From the NCBI GenBank assembly GCA_012295275.1, contig CM022672.1:15004001-15068000 (forward strand): a stretch of 64,000 bases of DNA. Reading direction: 5' to 3'. Positions 20,461-47,496 of the stretch are shown here, in pieces. The translations under genes and the position numbers were made by a program. Source of the DNA: Chrysomallon squamiferum (Eukaryota > Animalia > Mollusca). Under the pieces are notes generated by a model that had not been told where the DNA came from, searched no databases, and worked only from the letters and a program-made list of their open reading frames with translations. Every line of letters starts with the position of its first letter. Position 1 is the stretch's first letter.

Positions 20461-22110
20461 GTATGTATGTATATTATGTACATATATATATCTTTTCTCT
20501 AAATTAATTTTTTGATGACACCAGTGTTACGTACAAAACAAAAGATGACACATCTGCACACCATATTTTCATCAAGTTATACATATGTTTCTTTCAAAAA
20601 TTATTATTTCACTACTTCTTGTATTTTATACATTTTGAAACAATTTTGAAATTATTATTTCACTACTTCTTGTATTTTATACATTCTGAAACACTAGTAG
20701 ATTAAACAATGGTAACGTTCCACTGATATTATTTATTTTCTCTTTTACATCTGGCATCATCACTAACACACATATCGACATTCTAGGCTGTCATTTCGCA
20801 TTTTGGTTCAAAGAACTCGGGGAAACAGATATGTCTTCCAAGTAACTTGGCCAACTCTGTGAACATATTCTTTGCAGTTCTGAATCCGAAATTCTGCCAC
20901 GAAACGTTGGAAAATGGTATAATAGTTTTAGATAAATATAAGATTAGATGTCTATTTCACTATTGTTAAACTTTTTACTGATATTACTGTTAAAGTCCAA
21001 CAGTAATGAAACAGAAACTTGAATGTGTAAGAATTGTATTTAGGTCGTTGCTGGTCATTACTTTAAATTATCTTCTCATTTCAAAACGACACTTTAATCT
21101 CATTGAATATATGTTATCAGTGTTGGTATATATGTGCATATTTTTATTTATTTATTTGCTTGTTTCTTTTTTTCTTTTTTGTTAGTTTGCTTGCTTCCTT
21201 GTTCAGTGTATTTATTTATTTATTTATTTATTTATGCGTGCAGTTACAGCCGTAGAGAAGCTGTAAAAACTTTGCTATTACTGTCTTTCTTTCTTTTTTT
21301 TCACTTAAAACCGGGGCGCGAGACCTTCCTGTTTGTGAGATTTTACGAGCTTAATGCCCCAAAGTCTATTTTAAGACGCGTGTATTTTAAACAAGCTGTG
21401 TCTTACAGCGATAACGATAGATACACACATATGTATTTTGTTAGTTGGTTGATTTTTTCCCCTTAATATACGAGTTTTTAATTCAGATCAGATGTGTATA
21501 AATTACATCTGCTCTTATCATTACTGCTACAGACTGTGTATATCAGTTATTATCCATGTGCAGTGATTTCATATACTCACAAAGAATGGATATTTTACAT
21601 ATAATATATATTACATATTATATATTATTATTATATACATACATACATACATACATACATTTATTTTTAAGACTTGAATTTAATTTCTTTAACTGACTGG
21701 ATTATAACAACACGTTAATTAATGAATTAATATAATCCCGTCAGTTCTAAATATAAAAAATTCAATTTTTAAATTATTATTATTATTTTTTAAACTTTTG
21801 TGTCACTGTGTTAGCTTTCTTACTTTGATCTCCGCATCAAATCTCTCTCGTTCTTTACGTAACTCCTCTTTTTCCCGTTCAAACTCCTCCTGTTTCTGTA
21901 GTAATGACCTTTCAGCAGTTTCGATCTTTTCACTGTACTGTTTTTCCAGTTCTTGGCGTCTGTTTTCATATTCAGCAATCGTCTGGTCGCACTGGCAAAT
22001 AATAAAAAGATGATAATATTTTTAGATATTAATGTTGAAACGTCTCCGAAAGAAACTGACACTTACAGATTATTTTACTTGTTAAGGTGAAAAATTATTT
22101 TCATTTCCAA

Positions 22111-22164
<54 letters not shown>

Positions 22165-23505
22165 TTATTTATTTATTTTTTATTATTATTATTATTATTT
22201 TTTTTTTTTTGTGAGAGTTATTATCATTCACACCAAATTATAACAATACTGTTATAAAACATTTGAACGACGCCATTTTACTTTTTAAAAAAGTGGAGAG
22301 GCGTGACGTCATCGCGTACACGACGGACTGAGAAGGGTATGTTTGTGACGTTAGAAGAAACTGTAATACTCTGTTAATAATAATATTAGTACTACTACTT
22401 CTATTACTACTACTAAGTTCTAGTACTATTATTCTAACTTCTACTGCTCTAATTTTGGCTTGCTTACTTTTACAATCTCTGCGTTTAGGTGTCGTTCCTT
22501 TTCCTGCAGTCTGATGTTCAGTCTGTCCGTTACTGTCTCTCTGTCGCACATTTCACGTTCTCGTTCACGCACGTGATTTTCCCGATCATCCACGTACTCA
22601 CGAGCCCTCATGACGAAACCACTGAAGTTGGCATGAAGTTTTTCCAGGAACGTTTTCCCTATCTGTTCAATCTGTTCGTGTATGTCAATCTCCCACGCAC
22701 AGGTGACGTCTTCGAAGAGGTTGTGCTCGTAGAGCGGACCCACGGGGTAGTCGTAGTTGGCTTCGACGTTTTCGGGACTGTGACTCCACACCCCGTCGCC
22801 GTCGTTGACTTCCAGAGCGCAGATGGGTCTGGTGAAGTCGGAATCGATTTCCAGACACTTGCCGATTGTCCGGTCTCTGTGAAACAGCGCCTTCCAGTCG
22901 CTATCGACATCGGCTTTCGCCCACAGGCGCGACGCGTGACTTTTCGGTATCCTGTACAAGTCTCGTATCTTCGCCTCGACGTGGCCCACCTTTTCCATCT
23001 TGCTGAATCTGACGTTGTGAAAGTCTTCGAGCGGCGAGGTTGTCAGCATTACTTTGAACGAGTTGAGGTTGTGTTCGATTTCCGCGGCGCGCGAGTAGCC
23101 GTACACGATCAGCTTCATCGGCTTGTGTCCCTCCGCCAGGCCGTACCACTGCACGAGCATCCGCCAGGCGTCCTCGTGCACCGCGTCCACGGTGTGCGCG
23201 TAGTCCCGCCTCGTCAGGATGGGCCCGGGCGGAGACGTGACGCGCTTCTGGTAGTACTTTCGCGTGCTCGAGATGCCGAGGTACTTCTTCAGGTGTTCAA
23301 TCCATTCGGCGAGCACGACGTACCAGTACTCCGCCTCGACGAATTTCCTGTCGAACAGCTGCTCGAGGATCGCCTTCTGCGCGACAACGTCGGGACAGGC
23401 CGGACACGCTGGCTGGGCGACAGAGGGCGCTGTCGCCATTGCCGTACCGACAAGCCGCTCCACGGTAATCTCGCGATGTGTTGACGTCATGAAACAAATT
23501 GGCAT
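19205..23505 (-). CDS. DUSP-UBL (USP4/11/15-type N-terminus) + coiled coil + KCTD-type BTB/POZ protein, 504-526 aa, 3 coding exons
   Basis: Exons 23505 (or Met at 23439)-22468, 21991-21824, 19579-19205; both introns GT-AG, phase 0. DUSP motifs WYVVLAEW..LKKY, PPGPI, VHEDAWRMLVQWYG. UBL motifs RFSKMEKVGHVEAKIRDLYRIP..SRLWAK, LEVNDGDGVW. E/R/K-rich coil. BTB motifs IKLDIGGHQFTTS, FIDRDGTHFRYILNYLRDG, LLTEAEFYQL. Confidence 0.88.
20599..20693 (+). repeat. ~51-bp tandem duplication in intron 2 of the DUSP-BTB gene
   Basis: AAATTATTATTTCACTACTTCTTGTATTTTATACATT(T/C)TGAAACA occurs twice in tandem. Confidence 0.85.
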
Positions 23506-23565
23506 AACTTGCCCTGCTCAAAGTAAAGAGAGAGAGAAAAAATAGCCAAGTAACGATAAGCAGTG

Positions 23566-23720
23566 GTTGGCATGGTAACCAGATATCCCATACATCTGTT
23601 AATCGTAGTTCAAACCAGAGTATAACAAACATGTACCGTCGTCTTTCACACACACCCCCCCTCCCATATACAACACACCAATACTCCCAGTGATATAAAT
23701 ATAACGGTTGCCATAGGAAC
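23566..23720. promoter_or_regulatory. Two RFX X-box-like palindromes upstream of the DUSP exon
   Basis: GTTGGCATGGTAAC (23566-23579) and GTTGCCATAGGAAC (23707-23720) resemble the X-box consensus GTTRCCATGGYAAC. Confidence 0.45.
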
Positions 23721-26700
23721 GATATTATGGCTGACACGTGTAAGTTTTTTGGCGAGGGCTTGCCAAATGCGCACTTAGGTCCGGTTCCGTTTCTAAAGGT
23801 TATAAATAGCTCTGGAAATCTTCTTCTTCACGTGACCTGCGTGTTTACTAACAGAGGTTAACAGAAGAATATGAAGTTTTATTTTCGCACCGAACAAGAT
23901 AAAGAACCGTTTAACGTGGAATTTAAAAAAAAAGCTGGCAACCTGACAACGCCCATTTATTTCAGTCTGTGGAACACTTTCTTATTTTAGATTTCTTTGT
24001 TAAAAAAATAAATAAATAGAGTTCAGTTGGAAACACGTTCTTCAAACTGGTTCATTATAAACTGTGGTTATTTCAATAAAGTGAAATATCACGTTACAGT
24101 ATTCGCCAACATTGTGCTTGGTAGTCAGCTCTCAAGCAGAACATTTTAGTTGGTGAATAATTATTTTATAAGTAGGCCTATAATGGTAGGAGTCTAAATA
24201 GACTTATCATATATCCAATGAACTTCTGGCGTTTTCTCCGAATATTATTACAAAGACAGTTATTTTAAAATCTTAATGAGAAATATTATCTAAATTTCAA
24301 AACTTCTCTTTTTATTTTTTATTATTATTTTTATTTATTTTTTGTTACATTTTTACATTGTTACTTTCGGTGAACTTTGCAGTAATAAAATATTTATATT
24401 CTCTTTAGATCTCGGATTAAAAACACAAAAAGTATGAATTAAAAAATAAATAATTTCAAACAAATACTGATTAAGCAAAATATGTTTGTATTCCTGTCCA
24501 GTTAATTGTTATTTCATATTTATCACTAATTATCTCCATGACATAATAGTTATAATTAATAATTAAACTGTAAGAATATTTCTGCAAACTTAATCTTAGA
24601 TCATCGCTGTGTATATATCATAGATTAACGTCAGTAATAGTGCTGTAAATGCATCTTTCATTCATTTTGAAAGCCTACACTGTGCGAAGATATCGGTTTC
24701 GACCACTGTTTTCTTATACAATAAATACTACGACAATCTGAGGTAAAGGTATTCATTTCTAAAGAATGTATTGTTTGAAATATCACCGATAAGATAAAAC
24801 ATAATTATCAATAATTTTATAACAGTCACATTCCATTCGAGTTTGATTAAATAAAATAATAATAATAATAATAATAATAAAAACCCAGTTTAAATATTTT
24901 ATTAATAAAGCTAAATATCATTTGTCATTAACAGAACTACAACAGAGAAAAACGAATAACAATAAGAAAGAAAGACAACAGGAAGGAATGAAAGAATGAA
25001 ATTAAAAACGAAAAAAAAAAAAAAAAAAAAAAAAAAAGTTAATTTAAGCGAAAAGGAAAGCAAAAGAGAAAGAAAAAAGAATCGAAGGAAAGAATAAATG
25101 CACGAAAGTTTAATTAAAGAGAAATCGATATAAAGAAAGAAAAGAAGGAAGAATGAAAGAGAAAACGAAAGAACGAAAGGAAAAAGACAGTACCTGATCA
25201 CTTGACACTCCACGTTACGTTATGAACAAAAAACGATTTTTGCAAGTTGAATCGCATTAACTCGTATTTTATATAACCAAAATACACGTGATAGCTTTCG
25301 AACGAGGCTGTATACAAAATGACGTCACCAGGTATTGTAGGAGAATAAACAAACAGGCAGGTAAAAAGATCGAGGCGTCTGGTTCCCACGTGGTTCGGAT
25401 CACCTGTGTGTTTACAGCAGGTTGCCCGGATCGCCTCAGCTTTGTAATTTACTTGGCTATCGAAGAGGAAAACATTCCACTTGACGTTTAGAATGAGAAA
25501 AAAAAAAAAAAAAAATATGCTCAGGAAATAACATTTATCCAGACTCGTAGAAAGTGCTACTATCTATTAAGAATAAAATCTTCTATTTGTATCTTAGCAA
25601 CAGAGGAAAATGTGGTGCATGTTTGTTTTTAGTAGTATTTTTTTTTTTTTTTTTCTGTTAGTATAGAAAATAGAAAATAAATGAATATTTCTAAAACAAT
25701 GAACTGAGTATACAGGACTGGACATTTTTCAATGTTAAAATACGAAAGACTTTTTAGTTGATAATGATTAATGTGGCAAGAAATTAAAAAAAAAAAAATG
25801 AAAATAAAAATGTTTTTGGCAAGTTTATCAGTAAAATGTAAATAGTCCAGATGTCAAAATAATTTTAATTCAATGTTTTTTACGACATCGTAAATATGAT
25901 TAAAGATGCGATGCCAAGCATCTTTTATATTCATCTTTCGCTGAAGAGATATGATCTTGTGACCCTCTGCTTGTCAGGCCAGTTATCTACGTATGTGAGA
26001 GTCAAAGTACATGACAAATTACAAAATATACTGATTCTAGTTAAGGATATAATTTTATTTCAAATAATAAAACACTTTAGATCATAGGTGTATTATAGGA
26101 TACAATACATCATGATAATAGTAAGTATAAATAGTTCGGCTGTGTGGACGAAGCTCATTAAACGAGAAAACCAGACACAAATTCGTACATCAAAAGCGCT
26201 GTCTGCGGTAACATTTAACCCCGTTTTTTACTTAGACAATTATGTCATCGAAACATTCGCTCGGAGAAAGTATAACAATCAAATAACATAACAAAAGTGA
26301 AAGAAGCTAAACAATCTAATTGTAACATTAAAAAAAAAAAAACGTAATAACTCGGTGTCTGTTCTATTTTTAGACAACTCCATTACCATGGTAACCAACT
26401 GGAGAGAGGATGTAAAGACGGCAGGAAGTTCTTAAACTTAAAGTATTCTTATATTTAGTTTCTCTCGACTTGTTCTTAGGTTTAAATTAAAAAACGTGTA
26501 CACAAAAAAAGTTACAGGATGTTTTGGTTTGGAGACGAACGTTTACTGGATTAGACAAAGATCTCAAAGTGCAAAGCGTTGGTTTTGTTTGCAGTTTGGA
26601 AAATCGAGAAGTCGTGTTAATGGCGGACGAAATCAGGCACTTTCTTTGAAGATATTCATTACGGGTCAGTGGCGATTTTCAGCGTCTCGGGTTTATTTTG

Positions 26701-27659
26701 TATTTATGTTTATTAATGTTAAATGTAATCCTTTAGCAATCTAATTTATGAGTAAATAGTCGTTTGTAGTTGATGTTAACATAAAATGCTTTACAGAAAA
26801 AGAAAAAAAAATCATCAAAGTTTTTTATTTATTTTATTAAGAGATTAATTAATGCTGTACCGTTTGTGCTTTAAAGTTTCATGGGAGAGAACTCCAATGT
26901 TTTTTTCTGTTATGAAAATACTATAAATATAACAAAATAATTATCACTGCTTAATTTTTAGTACAGAATGCATTTTTAGTTATCGTACGTACATATATAT
27001 ATACTCTCATTTATATATATAAAATGTATACATTTGTTAATATTAATTATGCCTAAGAAACTGTACCAACAACAAAAACTTAAAACACCAAAATAACAAT
27101 AGCAACCCGTGACAGCTTATACTCGTTTCCATTGTTTTCCATACAGTTAAGTGACTGAAAACATATAAAGAACAATATGATTAGATTTAATTTTACGCTA
27201 TGAACCACAGTAAATTATAAGTTGCATTAGATCACCTAAAAGAGGGTCACGTCACTAATGGGTTCCAGAAGGGATTCAATAACTGTGGGGAGGGAATAGC
27301 TCTGCAGAAGGGGATTTTCAGTTTAGAGATACTCGCCAAATAATCCCTTTTATCTTTTAAATGCTTATGATACTATCTTTTTTTTTTTTTTTTTTTTTTT
27401 ACTATGTACAAAAGTGAGAAAAAGAAAGAGAGATGAAGAGAATATTCATATAAATTATACATGTAAAGGATGTATGTGAATATATATATATATATATATC
27501 GGTGCTAAAATTTGAAATGTATTTTTCATCCTATTACATTTTGACCACACGTCTTCTATCCCCAGTGCGTCCATTTGCTTTTAACCCAGCACTGGAGTTA
27601 AGTATCTGCTTACGTGTATAAACAAACTGCAACAACCTTAATTTTTTTACAGATCAGGA

Positions 27660-29235
27660 ATGGCTTCGGACGAAACTCTTACAGTGTGGCATCACTACGA
27701 TCCTCCGACCCACTGTGGGGACGAACGCTGCAACAAGCTCTTTCTAGATTTTCTCTTAACCGTTGTGATGCCCAGTGGACTCGGAGTTCTGCTCGCCTTT
27801 TCACTTGCCGTCTTCATGTGTTGTTCAGGCACGAAGAGGTAAACTCGGTGTTTGTCTTAAAGGCGCTTTCACACTGGGTGATTTATTTATAGAGATACCG
27901 ATTAAGCTGTATTGTTTGTTATGTGTGTTGTAAAAACACGTAACAGCTAGAGCGAAAAAATAAAAACAAATAAACAAAACAATAATTATTAATATAGTAT
28001 GATATGATATTAATATAATATTAATATAATATAATATAATATAATATAGTATAGTATAGTATAGTATAGTATAGTATAGTATAGTATAGTATAGTATAGT
28101 ATAGTATAGTATAGTATAGTATATAATATACTATACTATACTATACTATACTATACTATACTATATTATATTATACTATACTATATTATACCATACTATG
28201 CTATACTATACTGTAATGTAATGTAATGTAACGTAATTATAATTATAAATATAAATTTATTTTTAATTTTTTAATTTCAGAAAACGAAAACATGAGCCAG
28301 ACGAGTATGTAAAATTGTTAACATTATTCCTACATACACTGAATTATGGATTTTCATCAAATGAGAAACAAAAATGTTAACTTTAACAATTATATTATTT
28401 TATTTTATTTATATATTATTTATTTATTTATTTATTTGTTTAAGTAAGTAAGTAAAATCCATAGTCATTTTTGAGAAGAAAAAAAAACCCAGCTTTGGTG
28501 CGTTCGATTTGCTGAGTTGGTTTAACTCTCGAAAACAGCTGTTCTGCTATTACTTGCAAATTAAAACGAAAATAAAAATAAATAATAACAATTAGCAGTT
28601 TGTCTTTATTTTTGAACACTCAGTTTCCAGAATCAGCTTCGGCGCGAGATTTCAAAAACATTTAAAACTTATCATTTCAGTCCACAGTACAACAGGTACG
28701 ATTCGGTGAGAAGAGCTTCCCTGACCCTCCGTCAGATGTCCAAAAAGAGGGACACGCCCCTGATGGGTCACAGGAGCGGATCCATGACCCTCGAGAGGGA
28801 CCACATATACAGAAGAGGTTTCCGCCCGAGAGATACGTGCCAGTCGGCCCCTGGGACCCTACAAAGGTTTGTTGTGTCGTCTGCAAACGGACATTTTTAA
28901 AATTACGCATGTTTGGTTTCGAAAATAAACGTTTCATTCAGTATGCACGTCTTTATAAATACTATAAATTTTTGTTTGAAACGTCATGAAATTAGTATCC
29001 ACATATCATATTATATCATGAGGTGTAGTTATATACATTTTTTTTTTTTGTAAATTAAGGCTTAATGGTTCGTAAGACGAATGATCTTCTTTTTGCTGCA
29101 GCTCTTTTAGTTCCCGTTCCAACAAGTGCTCCTCCTATTTATCTAAAGTTCTTGGTGCGCAGTCTTGTATTCAGTCTCCTAATATAACTGCGTGTTGTTA
29201 TTACTTATTTATAATCTAGCCTCTTTTTTATATTT

Positions 29236-29266
<31 letters not shown>

Positions 29267-29984
29267 TTTTATTTATTTTAATTTTTTTAATTCAGAGATA
29301 GACGACGAAGGGATCAAGACTCGACGTCATCACATCCTCCTCCGCCAGATTACCGTCTGCCACCCGATTACCCTGACCAAGACGGCGACGACGACGCGTT
29401 TGTGGCGTACGTTTCATTTAAAACTACTACTACTACGTCCACGTTCACAACAGTTTACTTAGAACAGTGTTGGAAGTACGAACAAAAAAAAAAAAAAAAA
29501 AGAGTGTAAATCAGATTTGTTTGGGTGAATGTTCTGCTGACACAAGAAACTAAACCTGGTAACACAAAAAAATGAACAAAAAGAATATGCTGACGTATTG
29601 TGAACTACGACAGCTGCTACTACTACTCTAATATTGCAGCTGCACCTGCTGTTGCTAATGCTGCTGCTACTACTACTACTATTACCATCACTACTACTGA
29701 AGTTCAGTTACAATTACTACTACTATAATATTTCTGCTCTTAATTATTATTATTATTATTGTCCTTCTCCTTCTTCTTCTTATTATTACTATTATTATTA
29801 TTACTACTGCTATTATTATTATTATTATTATTGTTATTCTTCTTCTTCTTCTTCTTATATTATTATTACTATTACTATTACCTTACTATTATTACTGTTA
29901 TTACTATTATTATTATTATTGCTATTATTATTGTTATTATTATTGTTGTTGTTGTTCTTATATTATTATTACTATTACTATTAC

Positions 29985-30043
<59 letters not shown>

Positions 30044-30182
30044 TATTACTGTTATTACTATTATTATTCGCAGAGACAACATTCCCCTACAAGAGATGCA
30101 GTCAGGCGACAGAAGTCGAGATGGCAGACGAGTGATGAGGAATTCAGCTCCTGTTGCGTACGATGGTTACATGACTCGATGA
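27660..30182 (+). CDS. Small single-pass membrane protein resembling the TM and cytoplasmic part of alpha/epsilon-sarcoglycan, 202 aa, 5 coding exons
   Basis: Exons 27660-27838, 28281-28304, 28681-28866, 29296-29406, 30074-30182; all introns GT-AG, phase 2; total 609 nt. LDFLLTVVMPSGLGVLLAFSLAVFMCC and QYNRYDSVRRASLTLRQMSKKRDTP resemble the sarcoglycan alpha/epsilon segments DF...P......LAYIMCC and Q..H...I...T..LR.MS..R. Confidence 0.75.
28015..28212. repeat. Pentanucleotide satellite (ATAAT/ATAGT)n followed by the complementary (ATACT)n
   Basis: The (ATAGT)n run switches to (ATACT)n at ~28128; the two runs are reverse complements. Confidence 0.85.
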
Positions 30183-31892
30183 TACTTCAGGGTCCGAATA
30201 TTGCATACTTCAGGATATGCCTTTTAAAAGACTGTTAAGTGACTCCATGGTATATAAAGACATAATAATAAATGATTATTTTACATTTTAAAGGACATTT
30301 GTAATATTTGTAATATTTTTTGTAAGAATTGCTTAAATAGTAAGCATGTTTTTACACTGCTGAACTAGTCGATTATACTTCAAGACACGAATATTATAAA
30401 AAAAAAAAAAAAAAAAAAAATTGACTCAACAATACTTCAACATACAGGGGTAAAAGACTTAAATGACAAAGTATACAAAATATTAAAAGAGTTTTGCGTT
30501 ACTTGATGATGCTTCAAGATAAAAATGTTATAATGTTGTTCAATAACTTCAAGTATGTTTCGGCATAAGTATTATAATACCGTTAAATTACTTCATAGTA
30601 ATATGTACGTTTTAACACTGCTAAATAATTCGATCATACTTCAGGATACGAATATTATTATAATTATTATCCTGTTTCGTGGTCAGAAGAAAACTGCGTG
30701 AAATACAATAATACAACAATAGCAGCCATTTTCTGTTATATTTAAGGTAATTATATTTCTTTTGCAAAACAGATTTTTTTAATATATATATATATATATA
30801 TATATTAAAAAAATTCATAAAAAAGATTTTTTTAATATATATATATATTAAAAAAATTCATAATTCTTCATTTTTTTGGTGTAGTAACAATTTAATCAGC
30901 TTTGTCGCCAATCAGTAGCGAAGGGAATGGTCATTGATTTGTACATGATCAACTGTTGTGACACCATCATCATCACAGGTGTGTTTGCTATTCTATTTCA
31001 GAAATCGTTCATTTTGAATTCGCTTTTCATTCGCTTCTGTTTAAAAAGATTTACAGATACTTCATCTCTGAAACGTTCTTTGTGCTATTAAAATAATAAC
31101 TGTATTTGTATCATAATGTTTGATTGTAACTTAATAAATGTTTTAAAAGACATTACTATTTAATATTATTATTAAACCCATCATTAAGTTATTAACATGA
31201 TTCATGAATGTGGAAATGCGCTGCTGTCACTGTATTGGATACACTGTCAACAAATTGTTATTGTTATTTTTTTACATATACGTAAGCAAAGACGAAAAAT
31301 GTCAGGGCTTTGGAGCATTTACAACAACAATTTATTTTTTTTTTTTTTTTTAAACTAAAAACTAAAAACTGGTTTGCTTTACTTTTATTTCAGTTTTTTT
31401 TTCTTCTGTTACAGACACAAATGATAATTACAATTAATATACAGATACAATCAGGCCTAGGTTTATATAAAACATATTTTATAATATACAATATTAACAG
31501 TTATTTGCCAGTTCACATACCGTATTATTAATATGATCCTTTTAACTAGAATTAAAAATGTATTTTATTACAATTATGAAACATTAAGTTCTCTTATTTA
31601 ATATAATTCTGAAGAAACGAAAGAAATTACTATTCTTTAACTTAATTATTTTACATGAAACAGATTTTAACTAAAAATACAAAAGAATCAAAAATTTGTT
31701 ATATACACTTTTTGTTAACTATGAAAAGCTTCCATTTTTACTTTTAGTTTATGCTTTTAAAATTACAGATTACAATATTTTAAATTCGTAAATGTTTTGT
31801 TTATCATAGGTGTCGCACTAGATTTTCAAAACTAATCAAAACTAAACCATTCTATTAAAAAATGTATGATAATAATAATAATAATAATAATA

Positions 31893-31943
<51 letters not shown>

Positions 31944-32088
31944 TAATAAAAATAATAAATAATAATAATAATAAATTAAAAATTTAAATTTAAAAATAAA
32001 GAAAAGAAAAAGGATGAAGAAAGATATATAGTAAATAAATCTAATTTTAAGTGGTCGAAAGGAAAATGTCGGTCTGTCTGTCTGTCTT

Positions 32089-46489
<14,401 letters not shown>

Positions 46490-46545
46490 GTTGTTACGAG
46501 ACGGACGGCCTATCACGGGTCTTTTCGGTTGTCAATGAGCCCGGC

Positions 46546-46553
46546 TTTTATTG
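46546..46553 (-). promoter_or_regulatory. TATA-like box upstream of the peroxidase first exon
   Basis: Minus-strand CAATAAAAGCC lies ~60 nt upstream of the ATG at 46489, in a CpG-richer patch. Confidence 0.35.
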
Positions 46554-47412
46554 CGTCGAGCGGCACGTGACAACCTGGGCAGCGCCTTTTTTTTCGTTTC
46601 TTTTCCTTCTTCTTCTTCTTACCTTTACTATCGCCGCAGGTGGTCGTCGTTTGTACTATTACAGACGTAAGGATTTTAAATTCATGGCTGTTGAATCAAA
46701 ACCATTAACATAATGTAGTAGTAATGAATTTAGAGGTCGCACGTTCGCCCCCAAATACACGAAATAATGAACTTGATTTCTGTAAATTTTTATCTTTGTC
46801 ATAGGTTTAGAGTTCGTCAGTTAGTTGTGGCACGTACTGTCCTGTCTATGCTATTACTGTACAGTAAGTAATAAACCTTACTGTACTATGATGACTTTTT
46901 ATATTAAAAGAATGAAACAGACTAATGTATCAAACGTATTTCTAGTACGCTGTGAAACGTTGAAAATGGCAGATTCTATGGTTACAGTAATATTCTTATT
47001 TGTAAAATTAAGGTCGAGTATGGCAAGAAGACAACCATAAGTGAGAAAAAAAATCTTTCTTTCATTATAATAAGGAACAACTGAACGCAGAAGCAACATA
47101 CTGACGTCTATTTAATTTCAATATACAAAATATCACAAACATTTCAAATTAGAGATTATCAATAAAACACAGCAGATATGAATAGAAAAGGAAAGATGTC
47201 CAACGCACACGACTGCGGGTCAAAAGGCATACTACGTTCACAAAACTTTGAAAAGAAGAAAATCACCTTCTTTAATAGATTTTTATTTTATTTTATTTTA
47301 TTTGTTTGGTTTACATCAGAGTAAGTCTGAATCAATAAAGATTTTCGATTAACACTCACAGTCTCGGTCTCCGATATAGTTACCTACATATAGCTCTCCT
47401 TAATCTGTAAAC

Positions 47413-47496
<84 letters not shown>

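Noticed and set aside
22489-23484. 331-aa plus-strand ORF (and short overlapping alternative-frame ORFs)
   Set aside because: Antisense shadow of the GC3-rich DUSP-UBL exon; no motifs of its own.
26620-26650. ATG in the probable upstream exon of the sarcoglycan-like gene as the true start
   Set aside because: The frame stops after about nine codons; at most an upstream ORF.
30170-30660. CRISPR-like spaced repeats
   Set aside because: Eukaryotic 3'UTR; units are degenerate and irregularly spaced; no cas genes.
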